Source: a virus (Duplodnaviria > Caudoviricetes). Taken from it: a DNA stretch of 39,378 bases. Every line of letters starts with the position of its first letter. Position 1 is the stretch's first letter. The stretch spans positions 1 through 39,378 of IMG/VR virus record IMGVR_UViG_3300025835_000012; one strand, given 5' to 3'. Positions 6,640 to 15,893 of the stretch are shown one piece after another. The position numbers and the translations under genes were made by a program. The notes under the pieces are model-generated. The model had not been told where the DNA came from. It saw only the letters and a program-made list of their open reading frames with translations, and made no database searches.

Positions 6640-7613
6640 TGATCCAACACCTTAGCCCGTCGAGCATTATCGACTACGCAACAGACCGGCAGATGTTCTA
6701 CAAGAAGTGGATACGGAAAGAACGAGACAGTAAAACATGGCTCGGCACGATCATCGGGTCCGTTGTCCACCAAGTGCTTGATAGTCATATCAGTGCAGGA
6801 GGCAAAGCAGACATGTACGCAGAGCAGTACATCGCGGACCAAGTGAAGCTGTTTCAGACAGGTGCGATTGTCTTAAATGACTGTGACAACGTCGAGGATT
6901 TCCAGCGTGAAGTCCGCTCTGGTGTGTACCGCGTGTTGCCGAACGCATTGAGTTATATCAATACGACCTTCGCACAAAGCAAGCTGTTGACGGAGGTGAC
7001 GTACCGCACACAGATCGGGTCCGCAGTGGGCATGACGCCAACGCAGTTGCCGGTGAAGTGTATTGTGGACGTCGTCGATACGAAGCACCACGTTTTGTAC
7101 GACTACAAAGTCGTCAAGGAATACAAAGACGACCAAGCGGTCCGACTGGTCCAAGCGGTGATTAACGCACTGAACTACGCGGAACATACGGGCCAGTTGC
7201 CAGAGAAGTTCGTATTTGTCGAGATGCTCCGTCTTCCAACTCTGGAAGACAAACTCACCGAATACGAAGCGAACTTACTTTTGTGGGAACAACAGAAAGC
7301 AGCAGGGGAGAAAGTCGCGAAGCCACGGAAGCCAACAGGGAAGCCAAAACCACGCTTGCGGGAGATGGTGATTACCTTGGAAGAATGGCAGATCAAAGTG
7401 GTAATGCAGTTGATCAAGAACATCGTGGATGAACTCCACGGGATCAATATCATGGCAGAAGGCCGGGCAATCCCGAACCTTACGCCAAAGTACAGTGCAG
7501 AGGGATGGGAGGATTTTTGTACGAGTGTCTTAGGATACAATCCGTATAACGGCGAAGTCAGACCCGGGGCACGTGTGGACCAACCTATAACCGTTGATGA
7601 CTTACCTTTCTAA
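6639..7613 (+). CDS. PD-(D/E)XK exonuclease (RecB/Cas4-like partner of the recombinase)
   Basis: HLSPSSI, G(S)VVH, E...VD...DYK motif spacing; translationally coupled to bet. Confidence 0.8.
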   Translation: MIQHLSPSSIIDYATDRQMFYKKWIRKERDSKTWLGTIIGSVVHQVLDSHISAGGKADMYAEQYIADQVKLFQTGAIVLNDCDNVEDFQREVRSGVYRVLPNALSYINTTFAQSKLLTEVTYRTQIGSAVGMTPTQLPVKCIVDVVDTKHHVLYDYKVVKEYKDDQAVRLVQAVINALNYAEHTGQLPEKFVFVEMLRLPTLEDKLTEYEANLLLWEQQKAAGEKVAKPRKPTGKPKPRLREMVITLEEWQIKVVMQLIKNIVDELHGINIMAEGRAIPNLTPKYSAEGWEDFCTSVLGYNPYNGEVRPGARVDQPITVDDLPF

Positions 7614-7616
7614 ATT

Positions 7617-7868
7617 ATGGACATGATACTGAATAAAATCCGACAGCACGTAGAACGTGATACAAATCTCGTGGATATGGCGACGCATATCGGGAAATCC
7701 CGTACGACGTTGTATAAATACTTGGACAATATCACACAGCCAGATAAGGATACCGCGCTCAAAATAGCGCAGTATCTTGGCGTTCCTATGGACGCACTTT
7801 TTACCCTTGATGCTACCGACGATGGCAGAATTGATTGCGGCGTGCCCGAAGCCGAACATGGAGCTTAG
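7617..7868 (+). CDS. Cro/XRE HTH regulator
   Basis: MATHIGKSRTTLYKYLDNITQPDKDTALKIAQYLGVPMDALF. Confidence 0.85.
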   Translation: MDMILNKIRQHVERDTNLVDMATHIGKSRTTLYKYLDNITQPDKDTALKIAQYLGVPMDALFTLDATDDGRIDCGVPEAEHGA

Positions 7869-8031
7869 ACAGACTCCAAACGGGCAGTTTGTAGTGATTA
7901 TGAAAGGTCCCCACGACACGGTGCGCACGGCGATTGTGCTGGAACCACAGGATCTTGTGGACCTCTACAAATTCTTACATACCGTCAATGACTTATACCC
8001 CCTGCGGTATATCAAAACTGAACTTCAATAA
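7858..8031 (+). CDS. Hypothetical protein (57 aa)
   Basis: ATG at 7858 overlaps the HTH gene end; fills the gap to ssb. Confidence 0.5.
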   Translation: MELRQTPNGQFVVIMKGPHDTVRTAIVLEPQDLVDLYKFLHTVNDLYPLRYIKTELQ

Positions 8032-8042
8032 CAATTTTTCTT

Positions 8043-8507
8043 ATGGATATGAACAAAGTATGGCTGATGGGAACCGTATTCCGTGACCCAAAAAGCTACA
8101 AAGACGGGGCAGTGGCGAGCTTCACTCTCGCGACCAGCGAAACATCGAAAACAAAGGATGGCAACACGCGCTACGAGAACGCCTACCACAACTGTGCAGC
8201 GTTTGGCAACCTCGCAACAAAGGTGATAGCAGAAGTGCATGACCGTTCCCGCGTGGCCGTAGAAGGCAAAATAACACAGGAAAAGAAGGAGCGAGAAGAC
8301 GGGACCAGTATCACGTACCACGGGATCAAGATCGACAAGCTCCATATCTTCCCAGAAGTGGACCTGCAAGAGCCTGCTAAGGCGCCTAGAAAACAAGCAA
8401 GCGCACCGAAAGCAAAGACGCTAGAGGAAGCAGAAACGAATATCGAAAAACGTCAACCTGTGTACCAGAAACAGGACGATATTTCTATTGAAGATGTCCC
8501 GTTCTAA
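8043..8507 (+). CDS. ssb: Single-stranded DNA-binding protein
   Basis: MNKVWLMG...DP, VASFTLATSE, VAVEGKI OB-fold motifs and acidic C-terminus DDISIEDVPF. Confidence 0.92.
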   Translation: MDMNKVWLMGTVFRDPKSYKDGAVASFTLATSETSKTKDGNTRYENAYHNCAAFGNLATKVIAEVHDRSRVAVEGKITQEKKEREDGTSITYHGIKIDKLHIFPEVDLQEPAKAPRKQASAPKAKTLEEAETNIEKRQPVYQKQDDISIEDVPF

Positions 8508-8516
8508 GCGTACATT
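8488..8516 (+). promoter_or_regulatory. Candidate promoter for the replication genes
   Basis: TTGAAG (8488-8493), 17 bp, TACATT (8511-8516) preceded by CG, as in the late promoters. Confidence 0.5.
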
Positions 8517-8523
8517 ATAGGAG

Positions 8524-8607
8524 TCAATCAGCTTAAATAAGAGATCACTATATTTAGGAACGAGGACACAAGTGCTGATTGATCTCTTAGCTTGTGCCCT
8601 CTTTCCT
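8524..8607 (+). promoter_or_regulatory. Structured 5' leader of the replication initiator (hairpin plus two alternative loop pairings)
   Basis: Stem 8556-8572/8591-8607 (15 of 17 pairs); loop complementary to 8524-8532 (9 bp) and 8538-8547 (10 bp). Confidence 0.6.
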
Positions 8608-8618
8608 GCGTGTAATTT

Positions 8619-9287
8619 ATGGATAAAAAAAATAGGGGATATAGGAAGCCTGTACCTCTGGATATTTATAACTATCCAGAGTTTGGGTATCACGAACGAG
8701 CGCTATGGTTTGAGATATATTTCCAATGCGCGAATACTGCAAAACGCATAAAGGTCAAGCATGGAAATTGCTGGGTCTTCGTTACGTTGGAATGTGGTCA
8801 AATGCTACTTAATGTGAGTGAATATGCGGCCTTAAATCACTTCACACCATATTATGTCAAGTCGATGGTCGAGTCTTTGTCGTTTGGCTATAGCGAAATG
8901 CAAATCACAAGACACACGTGCGGCCTCATTATAACAGTGCTGGAGCACGAGGAGCTGAAAAAAATGCAAATCACAAGCACTATCACGACAACATCACGAC
9001 AACATCACGACGATATCACAACGACCAGCTATAGTAATAAGAGTGGAAAGAGTGGTAGATCGTTAAGATCTACCAACCAAGGAAAAAATAATTTTTCTGA
9101 CGAAAATTCTTTTTTTCCAGCAAAACACTGGAACACATGGAAAGACGTACCTGACAAGGTGATAGAAAAGTTTGACGAGAGATACTTTGACTTGAAGTTT
9201 TGGAGACAGGATATGCGTAACGATAAGGATAACCTACGACTGGTAGCTTTTAACTATTTCAAAAAAAACCCACATGAAACACTCTAG
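8619..9287 (+). CDS. Putative replication initiator (replisome organizer, lambda O-like architecture)
   Basis: Lies between ssb and dnaB; N-terminal winged-helix-like region; internal iterons encoding a Thr-rich linker. Confidence 0.7.
   Translation: MDKKNRGYRKPVPLDIYNYPEFGYHERALWFEIYFQCANTAKRIKVKHGNCWVFVTLECGQMLLNVSEYAALNHFTPYYVKSMVESLSFGYSEMQITRHTCGLIITVLEHEELKKMQITSTITTTSRQHHDDITTTSYSNKSGKSGRSLRSTNQGKNNFSDENSFFPAKHWNTWKDVPDKVIEKFDERYFDLKFWRQDMRNDKDNLRLVAFNYFKKNPHETL
8970..9120. repeat. Putative replication origin: 11-bp iterons followed by an AT-rich tract
   Basis: ATCACGACAAC (8982, 8993), ATCACGACGAT (9004), ATCACAACGAC (9015), related copy at 8970; AAGAGTGG twice; A/T runs at about 9080-9117. 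Confidence 0.7.
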
Positions 9288-10677
9288 TTTTGCAGAAGCA
9301 CAAACCAAACGCCTAACGCCTCAAGAGCAAGAGAAATCGTACTCGTTTATCGAAGCAAACTTCATTGCAACAATGTTCTGTCTTGATGGGAAGTTTATGC
9401 ACTTATACGCCAGCAGGGTCACAGAAGCATGGTTCTTATACGAACCCTTTGCTTTGATATGGAAACAGATGCGAGCGCATTACCAGAAGCATAAGAACTT
9501 GGATAAGGAAATTGTCCTGGATAAAACGTACCCGAACTGGGCGCGCGTGTTGGATACAGGCGTGTTCCAGGAATACACGCAGATAGCAGCGTATATATTT
9601 ACACTGACTGATTACTCACTTGGTACAGCACACGCAGCACGATACTACGACTTCCGTATGCAGTACCGTAAGCGACGTATGATGGAATTGACGAAAGAGA
9701 AAACAACGAAGCTGGACAACGTCGATGCAGACTTAGATGAAGTTGATGTGTGGTATGACAGAGCACAACGTGAACTCAAAGAGGAAACGGATGATATTCT
9801 GATAGACACACCACAACACGTAGCAGATGCAGCGTTTTCTAGTTATATCCAGCAAGCAAATGATAAGGAACTTGGCGTCTTTACGCAGACACGTTTTGGC
9901 GTCGACGCTATTGATCAATACACTGGTGGACTTCGTGGAGGACAAGTCTATATCCTCGCCGCACCAACAGGATGCGGAAAGAGTGCAGTGGCTATCAATA
10001 TCGCGAAACATGTAGCACAACAAGGACGGCGCGTCTTGTATTTTTCCTTGGAGATGAAGCAGGAACAAATTCTACATCGGCTCTGGTCGTCTCTTGGCAG
10101 ATTCCCGACAAAGAAACTTATGGAGCTGAACAACGAAGTGACGTTTATGCAAAAGCTGGAGACCGTCGTGGAACAAACGAAACAGTTACAAATCACCGTG
10201 GTAGATCGTGGATTTATAACTCCTGTGGTAGTAGAACGTGAACTGCAAAAGAGTATGGATAATCCGTATGACTTAGTGATTATTGACCACGTAGGACTGA
10301 TGAAGCAGGATGGGAAAAGATCGAGGTACGAACAGCAAACACAGCATATCAACGAGATCAATCAACTCTGTATGGAGTATGATACCGCAGCGCTGGTACT
10401 CACACAGTTGACAAAACAAGCGACGTTGAACAACGGTAAAGAGATAGATGAAGCACCAAAGATGGGACATATCAAGGATTCCAGTGCTATAGCTGAAATC
10501 GCAGAGGCTATTTTCTTACTCCATCGCCCCAGATCAGACCACGATTGCCGGCAAGGAAAGAAGATTATGCTGACGATCCCAAAAGCACGCAACGCGCAGA
10601 CAGACGATACCATCACGCTACACACAGACCTTGCGCAGATGTACGTCGATCCACATGCTGATGTACCGTTATTTTAA
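9274..10677 (+). CDS. dnaB: Replicative helicase, DnaB family
   Basis: Walker A APTGCGKS, YFSLEM, Walker B LVIIDH, LTQL, IKDSSAIAEIA and KARN motifs. Confidence 0.93.
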   Translation: MKHSSFAEAQTKRLTPQEQEKSYSFIEANFIATMFCLDGKFMHLYASRVTEAWFLYEPFALIWKQMRAHYQKHKNLDKEIVLDKTYPNWARVLDTGVFQEYTQIAAYIFTLTDYSLGTAHAARYYDFRMQYRKRRMMELTKEKTTKLDNVDADLDEVDVWYDRAQRELKEETDDILIDTPQHVADAAFSSYIQQANDKELGVFTQTRFGVDAIDQYTGGLRGGQVYILAAPTGCGKSAVAINIAKHVAQQGRRVLYFSLEMKQEQILHRLWSSLGRFPTKKLMELNNEVTFMQKLETVVEQTKQLQITVVDRGFITPVVVERELQKSMDNPYDLVIIDHVGLMKQDGKRSRYEQQTQHINEINQLCMEYDTAALVLTQLTKQATLNNGKEIDEAPKMGHIKDSSAIAEIAEAIFLLHRPRSDHDCRQGKKIMLTIPKARNAQTDDTITLHTDLAQMYVDPHADVPLF

Positions 10678-10680
10678 TTA

Positions 10681-10709
10681 TTGACACCGTACCGTCACCA
10701 TCGTACAGT
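10681..10709 (+). promoter_or_regulatory. Promoter upstream of the terminase genes
   Basis: TTGACA, 17 bp, TACAGT in the dnaB-terS gap. Confidence 0.7.
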
Positions 10710-10739
10710 GCAGATGATTCCTCCAATTTACCGCCAGAT

Positions 10740-11237
10740 ATGAGCGAGACCAAGAAGCAGAAGAGAAAAAAAACATCGAAACTTCCCCATGGAAGGCCGT
10801 CAAAGTATCTTCCTGCGTACGACGAACAAGTCTACAAAATGGCACTTCTTGGACTTATTGACGAACAAATGGCGAAGTTCCTAGAGGTTGACGTACAGAC
10901 GTTTAATACGTGGAAACATAAATACCCAAGTTTTCTCGAGTCCCTAACGAAAGGGAAGATTGCCGCTGACGCCAATGTAGCAGAGGCTTTGTACAAGAGA
11001 GCGACAGGATATTCGTACAAGGAAGAGGAGGCGAAAGTGGTGCCACAAGGACAAGGACTTGGATCAGAAATCGAAGTGATTGTGGTTGCAAAACACCAAC
11101 CACCAAGTGATATTGCAGCGATCCACTGGCTTAAGAACCGACAGAATAAACTTTGGCGTGATAAACAAGAACAAGATATTACGCACAAGGGCATTGATAT
11201 TTCCATTACCAAATTCCAACGTGAAGACCAACAGTAA
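10740..11237 (+). CDS. terS: Terminase small subunit
   Basis: GRPSKY, HTH (TFNTWKHKYPSF), VAEALYKRATGY and AAIHWLKNR...WRDKQE motifs; upstream of TerL. Confidence 0.88.
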   Translation: MSETKKQKRKKTSKLPHGRPSKYLPAYDEQVYKMALLGLIDEQMAKFLEVDVQTFNTWKHKYPSFLESLTKGKIAADANVAEALYKRATGYSYKEEEAKVVPQGQGLGSEIEVIVVAKHQPPSDIAAIHWLKNRQNKLWRDKQEQDITHKGIDISITKFQREDQQ

Positions 11238-11610
11238 AATCCTTAGTATTCCCGTCATTGACCGTGATGGAAGTATCCGCAAGAAAGCGTTGCTTGATGC
11301 AGCGAACCAGCCCACAGGTGAAGAGCGTGAGTTGCTCGTGCTGGATGTTGTCCTTGATGCCGTGTTCATGGTCGACACGATGCGGTTGATTACGAGCCGG
11401 GAGCAGGCAGAACAGATCCTTCCTGCGAAGATGAAAGAGAACTTCGAGCTTTGGCAAGCGCTTTTGAAGGGTGACGACTTGACGGTGCCACAGCGTGACG
11501 CGATCAAGGGATACGTCATTGGTATGCAAGGGAGCGACGTGGTCAAGCACCAAGTGGTGATGATGGTTGACTCACTGATCACAACGCATGACGATACTGC
11601 TGCCGCATAA
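11221..11610 (+). CDS. Hypothetical protein between terS and terL (about 129 aa)
   Basis: Open frame overlapping both neighbours; start uncertain (GTG 11221 chosen). Confidence 0.6.
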   Translation: MKTNSKILSIPVIDRDGSIRKKALLDAANQPTGEERELLVLDVVLDAVFMVDTMRLITSREQAEQILPAKMKENFELWQALLKGDDLTVPQRDAIKGYVIGMQGSDVVKHQVVMMVDSLITTHDDTAAA

Positions 11611-12928
11611 CCACCGGCCACGGGATTATATGATTCCGTTCTGGGAAGCACTGGATGCAGGCGTCAAGCGTATTGGATTGATTCTCCCACGACGATCCGG
11701 AAAAACAGTCACGAGTGTCAACGCGACGTTCCGGGATATGTACGAGCGACAAGGCGCACACTTCCACTACTTCCCAACATACAAACAAGGCCGCACGGTT
11801 GTCTGGGATGGTATGGATGGGAATGGGAACAGATTTCTGGACCACCTCCCGAAAGAACTTGTCTACGCACGGAACAACCAAGAGATGATACTGACGAGTC
11901 GTAGCACTGCGGATCTAGCGGAACCCGGATCAGTCTATCGTATCATTGGCTCGGATAACATTGACCGTAGTGTCGGATCGAATCCCGTCTGGACGTTGTT
12001 TGATGAGTATAGCTTGTCGGACCCCATCGCATGGGATTACGTGCGTCCAATCCTCGCGGAGAATGGAGGCACGGCAATCTTCATCTTCACACCACGTGGA
12101 AAGAACCACGCGTACAGGTTGTATCAAAGCACAAAGGATGACCCGAACTGGTTCTGGATGCGGCTCACGGTTGATGATACTGCGCACATTCCGAAAGCAG
12201 TCCTTGAGCAGGAACGCAAAGAGATCATAGCCAAGAATGGTGATGATGCTCTTTTTTGGCAGGAGTATTACTGTGACTTTGATGCTCCGGTGCAAGGTGC
12301 GATTTACGGCACCATGATGCGTGAGATAGAGACAGAAGGCCGTGTGCGTGATGTACCGCACGATAAAGCGCTTGTTGTCCATACGTCATGGGATCTGGGT
12401 CGTGGAGATAATACCGTTGTTTGGTTCGTCCAGCTTGATCCGTTTGGTGAGTATCGCGTTATTGATCACTACGCAAACAAAGGACACAATATCGAGCATT
12501 ACTTCGAGGTGTTGAAGAAGAAAGAGCGCGAGCTTGGATACTACTACGGCGGGCATTATCTCCCGCATGATGCAAGTGCAGAGCGTATCGACACGAAGAA
12601 AACCGTGGAACAGATGATGGCAGACTGGTTCCCCGCACGGGATATACACGTCGTCCCTCGTGTTGCACGGAAGTTTGACCGTATCCAGTTGGTACGTCAG
12701 ATGCTTCGTCGGTGTTACTTCGACACAAAACGCACAGAACCCGGGCGCGAAGCGCTTGTATCGTACCACTACGTGTGGGACGAGAAGAGGATGCAGTTCA
12801 AAGACGAGCCGGAACATGACTGGGCATCAGACCATGCAGATGCGTTTGGACAGATCTTCCAGTATATCTACCCGAGGAAAGCAGGAGGAAGCAGGTCGTT
12901 TGCGATGGAGCATGACCCGTACAAATAA
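11588..12928 (+). CDS. terL: Terminase large subunit
   Basis: Walker A PRRSGKT, Walker B LFDEY, motif III FTPRG, nuclease motifs WDLG and HDWASDHADAF. Confidence 0.95.
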   Translation: MTILLPHNHRPRDYMIPFWEALDAGVKRIGLILPRRSGKTVTSVNATFRDMYERQGAHFHYFPTYKQGRTVVWDGMDGNGNRFLDHLPKELVYARNNQEMILTSRSTADLAEPGSVYRIIGSDNIDRSVGSNPVWTLFDEYSLSDPIAWDYVRPILAENGGTAIFIFTPRGKNHAYRLYQSTKDDPNWFWMRLTVDDTAHIPKAVLEQERKEIIAKNGDDALFWQEYYCDFDAPVQGAIYGTMMREIETEGRVRDVPHDKALVVHTSWDLGRGDNTVVWFVQLDPFGEYRVIDHYANKGHNIEHYFEVLKKKERELGYYYGGHYLPHDASAERIDTKKTVEQMMADWFPARDIHVVPRVARKFDRIQLVRQMLRRCYFDTKRTEPGREALVSYHYVWDEKRMQFKDEPEHDWASDHADAFGQIFQYIYPRKAGGSRSFAMEHDPYK

Positions 12929-12932
12929 CGTC

Positions 12933-12961
12933 TTGCGACGCACCGACAGCACCCGTACAAT
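12933..12961 (+). promoter_or_regulatory. Promoter upstream of portal
   Basis: TTGCGA, 17 bp, TACAAT; shares CCCGTACAATAT with the 17895 site. Confidence 0.7.
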
Positions 12962-12990
12962 ATCCTTAGCAATTCTTTTTCCATAGCACA

Positions 12991-14928
12991 ATGGTGAACC
13001 GTGACGAGTACAAATTATCGGACCGGGGCAAAAAAACCGAAGCGCATAAGAAATTACTAGGGCGCGTGATCCAAGAATTTAATGCAGCGTTTGATACAAC
13101 GAACAACCTTTTCGACGAGTGGGAGATCCGCACGAAGATGCTGAACAACCAGATGAAAGACAAGAATTCCGTCGGTGTACCGCTTATGTACACGACGTTG
13201 AATACTGTCGTATCTGCGTTGTACGACGATAAGCTTGGTGTGACGCATATCCCGTATAGTTCTGCCGGATCAGATCGTGCGCAAGCGCTTGATCAGATGG
13301 CGCTCAACGATTACCGTGTGATGAAGAAAGGTATCACGGATTACCACTGGATATGGGACGCAGCATTCTACGGCCATAGCCCGCTCTTGATGCAGGGATG
13401 GTGTAAAGACAAGCAGGTCCCGGAAGTAGAACTCATGGACCCTATGACGTTTTTCTATGACCCTACTGCCGTGTTTGTGAATCCCTTCATGGGGAAAACC
13501 GGACTCCGGTTCTTTGGACGACAGCGTATTAAGTCGATAGACGCACTGAAAGGCACAGACTTGTACAAGCAATACTTCAATCATGCAGAGTTTGTCCCGC
13601 ACCGTGGATCTGGAGATCGTGTCGAGCAGGCAGATCTTACGCGTAAGGAGATGCAGAACTTGATAGCAAGTAGTAAGAACGTGATTACAGGCGGACCAAA
13701 GAGCGGTATGCTCGTAACAGAATGGTGGACGTTTGATGATGAGGGGAAACGTGTGTATATCGAAGTCATGGGTCAACTTTCTCGTGGACTGGATGAATCT
13801 TGTATTATCCGATACGAGCAACTGGACTTCCAAGACAATTGGCCATTAGTGAATCGCGTCTTGATCCCACTTGGAGAAACATTCCGTGGGATTTCTATTC
13901 CGGATTTAACAGAAGACAAGCAGCGGTACACAGCAAAGTTCTTAAATCTCGCACTCAAGTCCGCAGAGTTTGCGACGTACGGGCAGTATATTGTCAACAC
14001 GCAACGTCTCTCGTTGGATGAAGTAGGGACACCTGCACCGAATAAACTGATCGCGTCGGATGGTGATCCAACGAACGCGATGATCCCTGTGCAGCGTGAA
14101 GGACTCCGTGGTGAGTTCCAGTGGGTGATGAATTACATGGATCAAGTTTCACAGCAAGCGACGGCGACTCCTGCTATTGCACAAGGCATGACGCCCGACA
14201 AGAGCCGTAGTGCCACAGAAATAGCCCAGCAATCGTCCGGTGTTGATCGTCGGCATACTTTGTCGGCAAAGATCCTCGGATGGTCTGAGACTGAATACTA
14301 CGAGCAGTGGTACCGATGCTATAAGAAGTTTTTCCCGAAAGCTGGAGAGAAGGTGATTCGATTGATGGGGGAGATGGGAACATTGTTCACGACGTTTGGC
14401 CGGACGGATTTCATGGATGATAAGCAGCCGGAAGTGTATATCCAGTCTGCGGTGATGGGGGAAATCGAGCGGACCACGAAGCTTCAGAATATGACCAACG
14501 TCATGCAGGTGATTTCTGCGGACCCGAACGTGAATACCCGGTATATGTTCCGTAAGGTTGCAGAGTTGTCGGATTTTTCCAAGGAGGAAGTCGAGATGCT
14601 TCTCCCACGTACTCCGGAAGAACTCCATGCAGAAGGCGAGAACGATTTGATTCTCAAGGGAGAAACACCACGAATCAGTATGCGTGATGATCACATGGCG
14701 CACTTAGAAATCCACGCAAAGCTTCCAGAAGGTCCGCTTCGTGATGCGCATATCGCAGCGCATAAGAAAGCGATGTTACTTGCTCGTATGAATCCGGAGA
14801 TTATGCCGGCACCAAACGCGGTGAACCCGGCGAATATGACGGAGGCGAACCCAGAGGTCGCAGCACAGCAAGGCGTGACGCCGAATCCCACAGCGATGAA
14901 CTTCAAATCCCCTGTACAAACTGCATAA
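12991..14928 (+). CDS. Portal protein (P22-like podovirus type)
   Basis: 645 aa directly after TerL; FFYDP, GISIPDLTEDKQ, SATEI and DDHMAHLEIH motifs typical of this portal class. Confidence 0.85.
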   Translation: MVNRDEYKLSDRGKKTEAHKKLLGRVIQEFNAAFDTTNNLFDEWEIRTKMLNNQMKDKNSVGVPLMYTTLNTVVSALYDDKLGVTHIPYSSAGSDRAQALDQMALNDYRVMKKGITDYHWIWDAAFYGHSPLLMQGWCKDKQVPEVELMDPMTFFYDPTAVFVNPFMGKTGLRFFGRQRIKSIDALKGTDLYKQYFNHAEFVPHRGSGDRVEQADLTRKEMQNLIASSKNVITGGPKSGMLVTEWWTFDDEGKRVYIEVMGQLSRGLDESCIIRYEQLDFQDNWPLVNRVLIPLGETFRGISIPDLTEDKQRYTAKFLNLALKSAEFATYGQYIVNTQRLSLDEVGTPAPNKLIASDGDPTNAMIPVQREGLRGEFQWVMNYMDQVSQQATATPAIAQGMTPDKSRSATEIAQQSSGVDRRHTLSAKILGWSETEYYEQWYRCYKKFFPKAGEKVIRLMGEMGTLFTTFGRTDFMDDKQPEVYIQSAVMGEIERTTKLQNMTNVMQVISADPNVNTRYMFRKVAELSDFSKEEVEMLLPRTPEELHAEGENDLILKGETPRISMRDDHMAHLEIHAKLPEGPLRDAHIAAHKKAMLLARMNPEIMPAPNAVNPANMTEANPEVAAQQGVTPNPTAMNFKSPVQTA

Positions 14929-15212
14929 TGGAACAGCACCAAATGATGATGGAGGCACTGATCAAAAGCCCAGCATGGGATCTCTTGACACTGTACCTCA
15001 AAAAGAATATTGCTGAATTAGAGCGATATATCCTTGAGGGGCACTATGATAGTATCGACACGTACCAACGCGCGGTTGATAAACGGAAAGTGCTCCTTGA
15101 CATGTATGAACTCCCATTGAAGATTGCCGCACTGTCACCGCGTGAGGTGGCAGCGCCGCAGTCGTTGGACCCGTACGAGACGGTGGAAGAATCTCGCAGG
15201 AAGAGAACATAA
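14928..15212 (+). CDS. Small protein downstream of portal
   Basis: TAATG coupling; S-P-A-W helical motif common at this position in podoviruses. Confidence 0.7.
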   Translation: MEQHQMMMEALIKSPAWDLLTLYLKKNIAELERYILEGHYDSIDTYQRAVDKRKVLLDMYELPLKIAALSPREVAAPQSLDPYETVEESRRKRT

Positions 15213-15217
15213 ATCTA

Positions 15218-15291
15218 GGGGTGATGTGATGGGTACGCCTTATGCCCCGGTCTACCGTCACGTTGCCCCCGGGTGGATGTTTGTTCCACTT
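15218..15291 (+). promoter_or_regulatory. Structured RNA leader upstream of the scaffold gene
   Basis: 15-bp stem 15218-15232/15255-15269 with four G-U pairs and no mismatches; second hairpin GGGTGGA/TCCACTT at 15271-15291. Confidence 0.6.
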
Positions 15292-15315
15292 AGGTCTATT
15301 TTTTTTCAGACTACA

Positions 15316-15873
15316 ATGACCGACACAACTGTCGAGACTCCCGAGCAGGGGGACTCCATAGAGAGGAATCCAGCTACGGAGGCTCCGTCGACTACTGCCC
15401 AGCAGTCGGCACAGGAGAAACAAAACTGGTACGCGAGAAGGCAACAAGAGAAACTCCGCAAGAAGCAAACCGCTGAAGCAGAGGAACTCCAAGCCAAGAT
15501 TGAACGGGGAGAACTTTTTGCAGGACCGGACGACGTCGAAGAACTTGTTTTTGAAAAAGAACAAGAGAACCGGGTACTGCGCACAGAAATATTTCTTCGC
15601 GATAGTGGACCATTTTCTGCGTATAAGGACGAGATCCTTGCCGCAGCAAAAGAACCACGATACGCGTCACTCACCCCCGCCGAACTCGCAAAGGTTGTTG
15701 CAGCAGATAAACTCTTGGATTCGTCACAGAATAACCAAGCGGTCACTGCTCACGCAACTGGTACTGGTGCATCTGCACGAGAGAACATGCGGGACCAAGC
15801 AGTAGATTATAAGTCTATGCCGAAAGCCGATTTTGATCTCTACACGCAGAAAGTGATTAGTGGGCAACTCTAG
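15316..15873 (+). CDS. Putative capsid scaffolding protein (185 aa)
   Basis: Low-complexity acidic N-terminus and coiled coil, directly before the capsid gene; start reassigned to ATG 15316. Confidence 0.7.
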   Translation: MTDTTVETPEQGDSIERNPATEAPSTTAQQSAQEKQNWYARRQQEKLRKKQTAEAEELQAKIERGELFAGPDDVEELVFEKEQENRVLRTEIFLRDSGPFSAYKDEILAAAKEPRYASLTPAELAKVVAADKLLDSSQNNQAVTAHATGTGASARENMRDQAVDYKSMPKADFDLYTQKVISGQL

Positions 15874-15893
15874 CCTTTTTCTCTCTTTTGTGT

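Noticed and set aside
6639-7613. Cas4-like nuclease as evidence of a CRISPR system
   Set aside because: No array or other cas genes; coupling to bet fits a recombination exonuclease.
15124-15315. Extended N-terminus of the scaffold ORF in the track
   Set aside because: It overlaps the upstream gene and crosses a structured region; ATG 15316 has the usual start context.
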